A DNA stretch of 64,000 nt from Macrostomum hystrix (lineage: Eukaryota > Animalia > Platyhelminthes): NCBI GenBank assembly GCA_950097015.1, contig CATNEN010000002.1:7068001-7132000 (forward strand), given 5' to 3'. Position 1 is the stretch's first letter; every line of letters starts with the position of its first letter. Shown in pieces: positions 11,701 to 24,738 of the stretch. The notes under the pieces are model-generated. The model was not told the DNA's origin. It saw only the letters and a list, made by a program, of their open reading frames with translations, and searched no databases. The position numbers and the translations under genes were made by a program.

Positions 11701-12274
11701 TATGATAGAAATGTCACGTAGACATGTCACAAAAGACCGGAGTCACTGCATGGATCAATAAAACTATTAAATTAACCTACTTTGCACAGGTGTGTTGTAA
11801 TATTGTTTACTGCAAGCTGGTACAAAAGTAGTAAATAAGTAGTAAAATATGAATATGAAGCTATTGGATACGATAAATTGAGAAACTTGAAAATAGGAGT
11901 TTATATACGAGTTTAAAAGTAGAAATAAATCTACAAATGCTGAGAAGTGTGACAGGAATTCTAAAAGCATTCTAAAAGTACACTAAGCTTGATCTAGCTC
12001 CAGTAAATCAAGTCCAAGGATGTTGTAGTGAAAATAAGTGCCAAATTGCCTTTATTTAATTTTATCGATTGAGCTTTAGATACAATTAGGAAATCTGAAA
12101 TGCTACTTCAAGATATTTCACTGGCGACAGCATAAGTAAGCTCATATAGCTGTAGGTAGTGTTACATACACCCGCAATTGTAAATTGTGTCAACTGAGCA
12201 TGCAGATCAGCTTTCAGCACTTCTGAGGTCGCAGACTGAGGCAAGCCAAATCCTCGCTACCCACATTAGCAGGT

Positions 12275-15200
12275 TCAATTCCACTGAGACGCATCGGATG
12301 AGCTATCGCTCAGGATCTCTTGCTGTTGGACTTTCGACAAAGGTGATCCCGAAGATGTTTGCGACAGGGTTGAGCTCAACTGTAGCTGCTGCTGCTGCTG
12401 CTGCTGCTCTTTAGTCTCAATAGGTTCAATTCGCTTGGCAGTCGGTTGAGGCCCAGATAGAATTGAGTCGAACGACACATTGAGCAAGGATATTTTTTTT
12501 AGCTTTTGCTTCTGTTGCAGCGGCGACTGCTGCGACTCCGGCTGCGGCTGTTGCGAATCGAGGTCCGAGTACGAAAAAATGGAACCCGGAGCAACGTCTT
12601 GTAGGCCAGAATCGCGCGAGTGAATTTTTTGGCCAGGGTCAAGCTGCTGCTGCGACGAGATTTGGCTCCTGAGAAGAATTGGCTTGATGGCTGTCAGGAG
12701 GTCGGGCGGATATGACACACCAGTCATGAGCAGTTTTTCGCAGTCATAGCTGAGCTCTACCGCCGGATCCATAGGCTGCCTGATGGAATGCACGGTGGCA
12801 GCGGCGCTGCTCCCATGGTGAAGCAACTCTCCGATGCCTTTTGCGCTTGCAGAGTCAAGAATGCACACTGGCACATTGCGAGGTGCTTCACCGGGGGCGA
12901 AGGTGGTGGCTGCTGCAGCTGCCTCGGGGCCTCCTGTGAAGTTCAAGAGGCCAGCAGTCTTGCCGTTGGCAAAGCTGTTAGAGTCATACCGAGACAGTTG
13001 CACCTGGGTTTCGCTTAGCTGTATGGAACTGGTGGACTGGCGCAAACTTTGAGCACCCGTGGGATCGCAAAACAGCTGGCCGCCTTCACCCTTCACCGAC
13101 TTAAAGACATACTCTGTGTCATCAAAATCATCGTAGCTGAGCTGATTCTTGGAATTGACATGCTGCTCAGCGTCCTTAATGAAGATGCGCACGGTAGCAA
13201 CCTCCAGAGCGCGGCTGAGCGGGTTCTGGTAGGTCGGGTTGCTCATGTCCAGCTGCTCATTGTCGTTGGGATGGCGCAGCCATTCTGGCGCAGCAGACTC
13301 AGTAAAGAAGAAAATATGCAGCTTAAAGATCGGCCCGTCCTCCATGCAGCAGATCCGGGTGTATCTGAAGGCAAGGAATGGCTAGCAAACTGTATTAAAA
13401 AGAGACAAAAAAACAAAATTGTTTGAATGGCACAAACTGACTCACCTCAAGTAAATCTGAATCTGCTCGCATAAGCTATCAGTCAAAGTTGACTCCAGAA
13501 TACCGCAAAACTTGCGCTTCTCCGAGTAGTGCAACAGCTGACCGCTCTTTGGGGTCACCAAGATTTCATCTCCCGGCTCGAGCTGGCCATAATCTTCTTC
13601 CTGAGGTATGATGCAGTAGTACAAAGTAGCTTTATAGATGTTTACCAAGTAGATTTCCGTTAGCCAGTGCGCATGCACGCTGCCGATGCCGCGTTCAATG
13701 ATGACGTCATTCTTTGGATACACAATGACCGGGCCGGATATGGTGTCCTCCGGGACGAAGTAGGGGTAGAAGCAGCGGCTCATCTTGTAGCCACCCGTGA
13801 GTGTCTCGGTGTGTCGGAATAGCTCCTCAATGTTGTAGTTCCTTTCGTCTACCGCATACGGATCTACGAAGGCAACGTCCAGAAGGAACACATGGCTTTG
13901 CACGTGATTCTTTTCGTCCTTGACCCCCGTGTTGCGCTCGGTTGCGGCCATTTTCAGCCACACAGCCAAGTCTTTGCGCCGCTGAATCGTCCGCAACATC
14001 CGCGAAGAGTCTTCGTCCTGCCCCAGGGCTACATTTGCACCAGCGGCCATCAGGCGCGCCGCATCGAACGATGTGCGGCTGTTGCGGTCTGAGAAGAACT
14101 CGCCCATTACAGGGACACTGCCCTCAGCTGTCATGCGATGATCTTCAAAGCCGCTGTCCTTCATGATCGAAGTGAAGTCATGGCCCACTGGCATAGTTGC
14201 GCGTGAGTTAGAGTAGCTTGAATCTTTGTTATTGACGTTGCTATTGTGTCGCCGTTGTTTCTGAGATTGCTGCTGCTGCTTTTCTTGCTGCTTCCAGAAG
14301 GAGCTTTCGTTGGCCGTACTGAGCGCCTCGTCCTCGGCGATGACGTCACTATATAAGAAGCGAATGGACACTGCGTCTGCCTGCTCTTCGTGCTCCTTCT
14401 CGTTGAGGGTGTCTCTAGCCAACGAGGCGAAATTCTTAGTGTCGGCAAAGCGGTGATTGTCGCAACGCACTTTATTCTGCGGTGCGCTGCGACTGACCGA
14501 GGAGCGAAAGAACTTCTTGTCCATCATTATGTCCGCCTGTATATGCTCCGCTGTAGAGTTGACAGCCTCAAGTCCTTATTTAAGTCAATTTTGGGGGTTA
14601 CATAACTGATATTTTCACACCCAACCTTAAAAGTATAAAATTAATATTTGCAGGAGGGCTGCACTGCAAGCAGTGGCACATCATTTAGTGACACTAGACC
14701 CGCAGCAAGCGAGGAGGCAATTCTGCGCATTCCGCTGACTCCGCTGAGCACACACGCACACAGATACCGTACGCAGGCACGCGCTCACACAGGTGTGTAC
14801 ATCTGCCCTGACTTTCTCATCGTCAGACAGTGTAAACTCTCACTGTGCCTTGGAGGTTGGCCCTCAAGGGCGTAAATTGCATGACAAGCCTCCAAGACTT
14901 CTCTCCGAGGCTGCGCCCCCCAAATAAATGTGGCCTCGCCTTGGAATCGAGCTCAGGGACCTTCGTGCGAAAGGCAAACGCGTTAACCGCTCTGCCACTC
15001 ACCTCCCAACCCAACCTTACACGCAGACTCAGATTTAAAAGCGGAGGAAAAAGTCTCACCCGCATCGTCTCCGAAATTGGAAGCGTTCGTAGCAGCTTGC
15101 ATGTTGCTTGACGAATTGTTCCCTATACCGCTAGTCTGGTTTAGATGCTCAAGTGTCTCTGAGAACTTGGATGTCTGGTACTTTAAGCTAAACATTTTAC

Positions 15201-16131
15201 GACGAAATCTCGGCATGAGAACGCCCTCTGTTGGCATGACAACATAATGCTGAGGCGCCGTGGTCCTGAGCTTGTAAATAAGATAGTGACTTGGCGCGTG
15301 ATTCCGGATCGTGACCTCGCCAATCCAGGGATTGTAGGAGCGCTTTCCCTTCTTCAGCTGGATGCGAGTCTCCCGCTTGAACTGGATGTAGCGGTTCGGA
15401 TAAACCTCTGCATGCTCCGCCTTGTACGGCTCGCTCGGATTGGTGAAGTTGCGAAACAGCCGCTGGGCGCGGATTTCAAAGTCGGTGAACTTGCGGATGC
15501 GCAGCACCCGCCGAATCTGCTGATCGCCCTGGTCAAGCTCCTCCTGACGCGTGGCCGCCGCGTCCAACAGGATGTCATTGGACTCGTTCACCCTGTGGTT
15601 CTGCGTGCCAACCTCCGGTATGAGAATGGTGCGTCTCTTTGTGAACGGCAGGCTGGGAATGCGCACCCGGATGCTGGCACGGTAGGGAGCGAACTTCTCC
15701 AGACGGGCCTTCCAGTCCACAGAGTTCAGCACGTTGCCATAGACAATGCACAGGTCCTCCAGCAGCATACTGTGACCTTTCTCTACCATGCGCTCAATGT
15801 ACTCACGATCTGCTCCTTTCATCACCTTGTCCATGTCGCCGATGTACCCGCCTTTGTCATCGTTGAACACCACCATGAACTTGAAGCTGTGGAAGTCATT
15901 CAAGGAGCCCGAAGGCTGCAGCAGGAAGCTCGAGCCCTCCAGCAGGCGGTAGTTATAGTGGTAGTTCCGATCGAGCTGTCTGACTATCACTCCGATGTAC
16001 TCGTTGGGATTCCTATTGAACACCTCGCAGTGACCAATCCAGCTATCCCGGTTGGTGTTGCGCGTCAACAGCACCTCCTGCTGTGGGAAGGCCAGATCGC
16101 TGCGGGCGAACATTCTTTCCGTGACATGCAA
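12275..16131 (-). CDS. MSP (major sperm protein)-domain protein, complement(join(12275..13364,13446..14550,15060..16131)), about 1088 aa
   Basis: Three long ORFs join in frame through GT-AG introns (phase 1, then phase 2). EVTIRNHAPSHYLIYKLRTTAPQHYVVMPTEGVLMP matches the MSP signature (N..FKxKTTxPxxYxVxPxxG). A second degenerate MSP-like segment lies near the N-terminus. The 5' end is uncertain. Confidence 0.75.
14645..15007 (-). mobile_element. tRNA-derived SINE family A, near full length, in intron 1 of the MSP gene
   Basis: Head GGGAGGTGAGTGGCAGAGCGGTTAACGCG...GCTCGATTCC has Pol III A-box and B-box motifs; the body is shared with other copies in the window. Confidence 0.8.
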
Positions 16132-18226
16132 GTCTAGTCAGGCCTCAATGCTCAGCTTATTTAAGTGATGTCTCTTTGTAAATATACCTTTGCTTTTGAA
16201 TTCGTCACTTCAGCGTTAGATTTCGTCCATCGCACAGATCCTATATACACTAGATGGTTCACTTCCATTAGCCTATGTGGAACGCTTTTGCAAATGTCTA
16301 TGGTCGGAATCGTGAGTTGCAGTAAGGCCAGAAAAGTCTGAAAATGCTTGGCAGACGAAGAAGTCAAAAGAAAGTTGACCTTGCATAGAAGCCGAGAAGT
16401 TTCATGAACTCAAAGATTTGCTTCGCTGCTGGCTGCGGCAGCTCGTGTGTACGCGGCTCTGCACAAGAAGCTACTGTTCGACTTCACCGCTTTCCTCAAG
16501 ACGATCGAGGACTTTCCTCCGTCGCGACTCGATAGATGGAGATTCTAGAGTTACAAATGCTGGACCTCCGTCTGGAAGACATCCGGGCAAGCGATCTAAA
16601 ATTGTGCAGTAAGCATTTCGACGATGAATCATTGACGTGTCCACCAGGCATGAGGAATAATCAGGTTCTCGTCTAGCTTGGAATGCACTAACTACCAAAT
16701 CTGGAGAAAGTGCTGCCGCGATTGCTACCTGATGGGCTACAGCCTGTGATTCTACAGCCTGTGTATATAGGATCTGTGGTCCATCGAATAAACATACAAA
16801 AGCCATAGAATAAGATAGTGTGCCACTAAAAGGGAGAACTGCGTTTAATTTCGTCAACAGTAGCCATAGAATATGAAATGACAGCAAACGCAAACTTGTG
16901 AGGAGGGCAGCAGTCAGAACAGGGCATATAACTAGATAAGAGAAGTCTATTGAACACACAAAACTTCAACAAAGTCAGCCATTAATGTCTTCGAAGTTCA
17001 GGCAGTGATGGAAGTACGTAGAGTGCTCCCCTTGCCAGTGCTTCAACCCTACCATTGTCATTGAAGAATTCAATCTTCATCGCGTTGGTAAGCGCTTATC
17101 AGTCGTTTTCTATCTAGGGCCGCAATCCGCGTATGCCGCCACGCTGAGCCATGGATGGTTCGACAGACGAAATCTATGGCAGTTTAGCCGAAATCCATTT
17201 CTCGTCTTTATATCTCACACTGGTTCGGCCATAGACAAAACTATTTAGTCTTCGCAAAAGCCCCATTTGAAATGAATGGCTTGACGAAACCAAATTCTAA
17301 AAGTGACGAATTCAATCGGAAAAATGTATAGTCTAGCTGCACAATGTGATAGCCACTTCAGCCATAGACGCGCATAGATAGGATGCATCGATGTCTATGG
17401 CATTCAACAGCCAATAGAATGGAACAGGGGGGGAACCGAATGCTAAAATGCGGAAGCAAGCAAAAAATAACTGATCCAGATTAGGACTTTATTCTTTCCT
17501 TTCCTCCATGTGACCCGAGCTTGTCTAAGTAATATACTTGGAATATACTAAGTAATATACTTAGACAAACAATAGTCTACTTTTTCGTATATTTAGTTTC
17601 TTAAAAATATGATCGAAATAACAAATTTAACAGGGAGGCAAGCTGGCTAGAAATCTGATAGCGCGAAAAATACCTGCGGCGTTTTAACAAAATAAAATCA
17701 TTCTTAATATATAGGAAATAAATAAATTGAAACTGGACATACACGGCTTGTAGATTCTATAGGTGACCTCTTGCTGTGATGAATTTCAGAACAACAGCTT
17801 TAATTGTTCTCAAAACAGTGATGATATAGGAAAGTTTGGCTACGCTTCAAGGGCCAATAGAAAGTAGGAGAATGTGCTAGTCGTAATCTTTGATAAAATA
17901 CCCTTAAATATTTATAAGTTCTCGAATCGTTTCGTCGATTTTCGCCAATCAGACAGTTGCAGCATCAGTATTTGAGTGTGAGGTGTATGGAAGGTCGCTT
18001 TTATCTATCTGCTGAGCTATTGATAGAAAATACATTTCAAGAGATATATAATCGAAAAAGGGTTTCTACTTTTCAAGACACCAATGGTGGCGTTTTCTAA
18101 GGAAGAAAACTTAATACTCTAATAGTAGCCTATTGCTGAATGTATTTAATTAGGCCTTCAAAGATTATCCCACAGGTTGCGAGTGTTGCGCCCTCCATGA
18201 ACTTCAACTTCTAGCTCCGAGCTCGG

Positions 18227-19442
18227 TCAACCGCGGCACATGCCCTGGGCCTCGGCGCCAGTCACCACTCGGTGGCTGCGGTTCATGGCGCACTTCTCGC
18301 CCTCCGGCTCCGGGTTGGTAATGTGCTCCACGGCAATGAGCTCCGGCCTGCCGTGCTTGTACCGAAGCCGGCAGACGTGGAAGCGGCTGGCCGTTCGGCC
18401 GGCGCACGGGTTCTCGGCCGAGTCGTTCTTGTTGCAGCGGTCACCGCTCCAGCCAGCCTGGCAGTGGCACTTAAAGGCGTCGGCGAGGTTCACGCAGCGG
18501 CCGTGGTCGCCGCAGGGCTTGGAGTGGCAGTGGTTGTACATGCGGCACAGGTAGCCGTAGTAATTAGGGAGGCAACTCAACCAGACTCGCAGACTCAAAC
18601 TGAGAAAAGGAGTCGGGGGGGTTCATTTCACAATGTGAAAAGATAAATATATTTCATTTGCTTGCGCCAATGATATGCTCAAGCCACAATGAAACTCACT
18701 GAGTCCTCCCGCTGAGCTGCACCGTCTGCTTCTCTTTTGTGGGTTTCACAGTGCCTTGAATTGTCTCGATAAGGTCGGGGCTGCCCACCCGGTCGTGATC
18801 GTAGACTGTGGATGATAGCGACAGCTGCTCGGGCAGGCTGGTGAACGGCTGAGTTACTGGGTTTGGCTTCGAGCCAATCATCGCGCCGAAGGCCACGGTG
18901 TCCGAGTTGCTGATCCAAGGCAAGGCGATGTTGGCCACGGAGCAGCTTAATGAAGGATTTCAAGTGCCAAATTTAATCAATTAGTCACCTTTGACAACAA
19001 CGCATGTTCGTTAATTACCGCTCACTCCAGGCCCATGTAAGAATGCGCAGCTCAGCCATGGGCATAACGGCTAGAGATTAAGGGTGCGCCCGCTAGGGAT
19101 TTGGGGTGGCCGCTAGGGATTTGGGATGTGTCGCTAGGGATTTAGAAGCGTGAGAAGATATAGAAGCTAAAATAAATGACGTCACCTTCGGTCACAATGT
19201 CTTCCTTACCTCTTGAAGTCGCCGGCGGCCCCAACGCACAGGTTGACCTGCGGGTCGCAGGCGGACACTCGCCTCTCCCAGCTGAAGATCTTCAGGCTGT
19301 CGCAGTAGCGCCCGTCAGCCAGACGCGAGTCCGGGACAGCGTACTGCACGAACTGAACGTGCAGCAAGCCGTGCTGCGGCTCAGCTAGGGCCGTCAGCAC
19401 CGTCAGCAGCAGCGGCAGCAGCAGAGTTGCTGGTCTCAGCAT
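18227..19442 (-). CDS. Secreted Notch-ligand-like protein (signal peptide + MNNL/C2 domain + partial DSL + EGF, no TM), complement(join(18227..18599,18700..18945,19210..19442)), 283 aa
   Basis: Both introns are canonical, phase 2 and in frame (852 nt total). GLLHVQFVQY...LADGRYCD, VYDHD...DLIE and RVWLSCLPNYYGYLC resemble the Delta/Serrate N-terminus. One 6-Cys EGF repeat follows. Confidence 0.75.
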
Positions 19443-20139
19443 TTTACTCTAGATTTCTCGGTTAGAGTAATTAAAACTACAAAACTCAGAGCTGATGCCA
19501 CAAAAACTTTGGATTTCGAGCCCTTAAAAGAATAAGGAAAGGTAGAGCCGGCACAGGTTCGCAGGTGCTCGTGGCAGTCAATGCGCGTGGAGACACAATA
19601 GCTGGAGAGACTGGGACTGAGTTGCTGTTAGTTTGAGAGGCCAGTGTGGGGTAGAGCTTCGTACCAGGCCAACATACCGATGCAAGGGCAGAAGATACAA
19701 CAACTGGTCAGGTTCAGTGCATTTTGAAGTGCACACTTGTTAATATCTTAGCTTATCACTGTGCATAGAGTGAATGCCTTTCAAGACGACTTGAACACTC
19801 ACTTGTGTGAGTGTTTCTCAACTGCCTGCATCAGAAGCTGCTCAGGACATAACTTTGGTATCACGTCTGTGCGTCTGCTCTAAGCTCACTGAAGCAGGCA
19901 ATGCATAGCTAAAGTTGGACAATATTTCTTGAACAGAAACTTGACGGCAAACTTGACGACGAGAAGTCAAACAGGTCTATTGTTGATGCAGATGAATGTT
20001 TGCAGCTCAGCAGTTCACGCTTCAGTGTTTTAAGAGAGGCTGCTCTGATGCAAAAGTGAAGTATAAAAAATGTTTTCCAATGCTCTATAAGTGTCACAGA
20101 TGTCTGCAGTTGTGTTTTCAGTACAATCAAATTCAGAGG

Positions 20140-20852
20140 CTACCGCTGTTCGCCGCACCAGAGCTGCAGTCGCAGGAACTCGGACCTGTCAATCACCCGA
20201 TTGAACAGGGTCCAGCAGGCGATGCTGCCCTTGACACAGTGATCATCGTTGTACGGTTCGTAGCCGATCTTAACGCAGCCGAAAAAGGGCTCGTTTACCT
20301 TGACGTTTTTGGATGTCCGAACCAGCTGAGTGGCAGTCAGTTGTCTGTCGTTGTAGAACAGGCCCTGCTAGTCCGTGCCGTTGAATGTGGCTCCCATGGA
20401 GTGCGTCTCCGAGATATTTAACAAGCTGCTAGCCTTAAATTGATTTAGGAATTTTGCTCCGGAAACAGAACTGTGGCTAGCAGCCTCCAGGAACGTAACC
20501 GAGTGGGCGAGCCAGCCACTTTCGGTGGTACTGACGCACGGAGTGCAGCTGCGTGCCACTACGTAATTCGGTTGAAAGTTAAAAGGCGAAACTCGCATTT
20601 GCACCTTTGCACGCTGTGTTCACAATGCTCACAAAAAGTTTTTTAAACGTCTGGCTTTTAAAATTTCTGCTTTTGACAAGCTGCTTGGTTCCAATGAGTC
20701 GAGGGATATAAAAACTCAAGTTTTAAAGTATCAAACACCACTAACATGGCTGACATGCTGCAGCGAGCCCAGGTGTACACCGAGTGTTGCCCGCCCGGAC
20801 TGAACAGGCCGTACAGTCCGGACAGGTTGGCCCACGCCTGCGAGTCCATCCA
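20140..20852 (-). pseudogene. PAN-LamG family copy C: 5'-truncated pseudogene (end of exon 2 plus exon 3)
   Basis: Homologous to 22900-23900. TAC is changed to TAG (GTD*) near 20366. Homology stops at about 20852, where the PolB fragment begins. Confidence 0.8.
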
Positions 20853-20929
20853 GGTTTTCCTGGCGAGACAACAAGTTCAGTGCGCCATCTCGAGTTGGAG
20901 CTTCTCCAGGACCTGGAAATATACCATAT

Positions 20930-21740
20930 GTTCGTGGACGGAAAACGCGGTGGCATGGCCTTTATCAACTCGCATAGAGCCAACCATAGTCTAACGGTCA
21001 AACTGACGAATTTGATCCTAAGCGGCCTCAAAGACACTTGATCCCAGTTGATGCAAATAATCTCTACGATCAGCTTCGTCTACAAAGCTCCCTTGGCGTG
21101 ACTTCAAATTTGAGGCGTTTTACTCCGCTGAGCGGGTGGAACACTGGCTACTGAAAGGGTTCAACGCGGATGGTTTTCGTGGGTACATCCTGACGGTAGA
21201 CTTTACATACCCAAATGAGATTCATGATCAGACGGCCGACCTCCCACTAGCTCCTGAGAAAGGGAGCCCTAATTGTCTTGGATGCTCCCCTACCAATGAC
21301 AGCTGTGAGGGGCTCTACGCGGGCAGAATGGTCTTGAATACGGGGCGATACCTCCAAAGCTTCTGCTAACGTGCCACGGCAAGATGGATTACGCAGCCCA
21401 TGAAAATATTCTGCAGTTTTATCTGCGCCAAGGCATGCGGCTGAGCAAGGTCCACAAAGTCTTCCAGCAGGCGCACATCCTACAGAGTCGTATATTCGAC
21501 GCAACAGCGAGCGTCGGGCGAAGGCTCAGAATGAGTTCGAGAAGGACTACAAAAGGCTGCTAAACAACTCCACTTGAAACAATTAAAATGTTTGTGGAGC
21601 AGAGCTGGCTGACCAGACGCATCGCCATGCAGTGAGCAGCATGAGTTGCACACTGTAGCCAATCTCAAGCGTGCTCTCTCCTTCTGTGAGGAGAAGCGCA
21701 CCTGGATCTCCTCCAACGAAAGTCTGCCCTACGGACTATT
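20930..21740 (+). pseudogene. Degraded family B DNA polymerase fragment of Polinton/Maverick (adintovirus-like) type
   Basis: Successive motifs across frameshifts: KRGGMAFI, VDANNLY, GYILTVDFTYPNEIHDQTADLPLAPEK, PKLLLT...FYLRQGMRLSKVHKV, AQNEFEKDYKRLLNNS, ALSFCEEKR...LPYG. Internal deletions are evident. Confidence 0.8.
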
Positions 21741-21795
21741 TGTTCGTCTTGAGGCTGGTAATACAATGAAAATTCTATTACCTCATACCTCTTCA

Positions 21796-22225
21796 CAGCC
21801 CTACACACACCGACCCCTGATATCCCTCCCCAGCCCTGCACACACCGAAACCTCATACCCCTCCCCAGCCCTACACACACCGACCCCTGATATCCCTCCC
21901 CAGCCCTACACACACCGAAACCTCATACCCCTCCCCAGCCCTACACACACCGAAACCTCATACCCCTCCCCAGCCCTACACACACCGAAACCTCATACCC
22001 CTCCCCAGCCCTACACACACCGACCCCTGATATCCCTCCCCAGCCCTACACACACCGAACCCTCATACCCCTCCCCAGCCCTACACACACCGAACCCTCA
22101 TACCCCTCCCCAGCCCTACACACACCGAACCCTCATACCCCTCCCCAGCCCTACACACACCGAACCCTCATACCCCTCCCCAGCCCTACACACACCGAAC
22201 CCTCATACCCCTCCCCAGCCCTAGA
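21796..22225. repeat. About 35-bp minisatellite (CCCCTCCCCAGCCCTACACACACCGAACCCTCATA)
   Basis: Visible tandem array. Confidence 0.95.
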
Positions 22226-22899
22226 CATCGACCCCTCCCAGCCACATTATCTTTCTGGGGCACGGCAGAGTATTTTCCTACTAATCATAGGAAACGTCTC
22301 AGAGCCAAATAAGGCATTCACAAGTTCCTAATTTATTGAAAAAAAATGCAGAACCAAACAAAAGTGCAAAGAAATAACCAGGTTCATTACACCCTACTGC
22401 TCACACTACAGCCACCCCACTCCTAAACTTCTAATAATAACTCCTAACTTCTTAGCTTATTATGGTTATAAAATGAATGCCTTCCAAGACCGCCATGTTT
22501 CTTAACTGCCTGCATGAAAAGCTGCACAGGACATGGCTTTGAGGCTTGAGTATTTGCATCTGCTCAAGCTCACACACTGACTCAAGCTGGAGATGCAAAT
22601 TGCTAAAATTGGAAAATATTTCTTGAGCAGAAACTTGACGACAAGCAGAAGTCAAACAAGTCTATTGTTAATGCGGATGAATGTTTGCAGCTCACCAGTT
22701 CACGCTTGATCAGTGTTTTAACAGAGGCTGCTCTGATGCAAAATTCAAAGTAAAAATTGAAGATTTTTTGGAACTCACAAATGTCCCAGATGCTAGCAAT
22801 TGTGTGCAAGACTCCGCAGCCTAACCTAAAATATAACCTTGGGACTCTACTCCTAAAACTTCAAAGGCTGTGAAAGTCAAAAGCTGTCCCAGCAGCTGC

Positions 22900-24738
22900 T
22901 CACTGTTCGCCGCACCAGAGCTGCAGCCGCAGGAACTCGGACCTGTCAATCACCCGATTGAACAGGGCCCAACAGGCAACGGTGCCTTTTATGCAGCGGG
23001 CATTGCTGTTGGGTTCGTAGCCGATCTTGACGCAGCCGAACCTGGCCGCGCTCACCTTGACGGTGCTGGATGCCCGAAGCAGCTGAGTGGCATTCAGTTG
23101 TCTGTCGTTGTAGAACAGGCCTTGGTAGTCCGTGCCGTTGAATATGGCTCCCATCGAGTGCGTCTCGGAGGCTGTGAACGAGCCGCTAGCCGTAAATAGA
23201 GTCAGAAATTTTGCTCCGGAAACATAATTAAAGCTAGCGGCCTCCAGGTACGTAGCTGCGTGGAACAGCCAGCCACCTTCGGTGGTACTGCCGCATGGTC
23301 CGATCGAGTGCAGCTGCTTTTCACTGCCAAATTAAGAACCAGTTGGCTCAACATTACAGCATATTCCGCACAGGTAATAAATAATGCGAGCATAATGATA
23401 CTTATAGCACGGCTAGGGGCCCAGAAAAAACGTTGGGTGTCAACGCGCAGCCAGCGAGGAGGCAATTCTACCCACTCCGCTGAATCACGAGTACACACGC
23501 ACACAGATACTGTACACACAGCTCACACTCTCATTGAGCCTTGAAGGCTAGCCCACAAAGGCACGACAAGCCCTCAAGCCTTCTTTACGCAGCTGCGCCC
23601 CATATAATTGTAGCCTCCCCATGGAATCGAGCTCAGGGACCTTGGTGAGACTGCTCATACGCATGATTATAAAAAGCTTTGCGACAAATTGAATAAAAAG
23701 ACGTAAAATGTTAGGTAAATAGTACACTAGTCTAAGTTTTATAAGGTGAGTTCCATGAATAGTTACATAAGAAATATATCAATATAATGCTCAGCATTTC
23801 ATCACTAACCTTCCCGCTGACATATTGTAGCGAGCCCAGGTGTACACCGAGTGTTGCCCGCCCGGACTGAACAGGCCGTACAGTCCGGACAGGTTGGCCC
23901 ACGCCTGCGAGTCCATTCTGCCGGCCAGGCTGAGTCCGACTCCATCGATTCTGCTGGCGGACATCAGGACGGGAGTTCGAGTCCCAGGGTGGGCCAAGTT
24001 GTCAGTGGAGAGACGGAAGTTGTAGAGAATCTCGGCGGAAGTGAGCAGCTGCTGGGACAGAGAGTCTGGAAGAGCGGCACTTTGTAGGTCAGTATTAACA
24101 GCTCAGGCTTCCTGACTGTCTCATCTGTGTCAGCCAGCAGCTCCCTGAATGTCTCGCAGCTCACCTGTGTTAGCCAGCAGCTCCCTGACTTTCTCACAGC
24201 TCACCTGTGTCAGCCAGCAGTTCCTGACTGTCAGCCAGCAGTTCCCGACTGTCAGCCAGGAGTTCCTGACTGTCAGCCAGGAGTTCCTGACTGTCAGCCA
24301 GCAGTTCCTGACTGTCAGCCAGCAGTTCCTGACTGTCAGCCAGCAGTTCCTGACTGTCAGCCAGCAGTTCCTGACTGTCTCACAGCTCACCTGTGTGTCA
24401 GCCAGCAGTTCCTGACTGTCTCGCAGCTCACCTGTCCACCGCATCGCGAAGGCCCGGCAGCCGCTCCGAAACCGCCAGTCGCGCGAGAACTCGCCCCAGT
24501 CGGCCAGGAAGCACGCGCCGCTCGCTTGAGAATGCACCGCCACGCAGCCCGACGTTCTGCGGCAGCGAAGCACGCAGGCGGCTGACAGAGCAGCAGAGGA
24601 GCCCTGAACTCCGACGTCGATGAAGGAGGACGGCTGGTGCAGGCCCGGCTGCGGGCAGCGTTCAGTGACAAACAACTGTGAGCAGCCGTCAGCCAGCAAG
24701 GCCAGCAGACTCAGGCTGAGCAGGGAGCTGAGATGCAT
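22900..24738 (-). CDS. PAN/apple + LamG/ConA-like secreted protein, copy B: exons 24738..24432, ~24101..23810, 23323..22900
   Basis: Exons 1 and 3 are open and the same length as in copy A. The strong exon-2 acceptor (AAAG at 24080) is out of phase; only a weak GAG acceptor at 24102 keeps the frame. It may be a young pseudogene. Confidence 0.65.
23455..23650 (-). mobile_element. SINE family A, internally deleted copy (intron 2 of copy B)
   Basis: Shares GGAATCGAGCTCAGGGACCTT and CACACGCACACAGATAC with 14645-15007. Confidence 0.75.
24125..24431. repeat. 21-bp intronic minisatellite (CAGCCAGCAGTTCCTGACTGT) with repeated splice-donor units
   Basis: Visible array; its mirror image lies at 34716-34950. 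Confidence 0.9.

Noticed and set aside
15247-16137. 296-aa plus-strand ORF
   Set aside because: Antisense to the MSP-domain exon.
16161-16959. ORFs 16471..16959 and 16161..16367 as upstream MSP exons or a transposase remnant
   Set aside because: No frame-consistent splice found; only a weak resemblance to the hAT dimerisation motif.
17170-17405. Short CCATAGAC/GTCTATGG inverted motifs as possible TIRs
   Set aside because: Too short, with no consistent TSD or shared interior.
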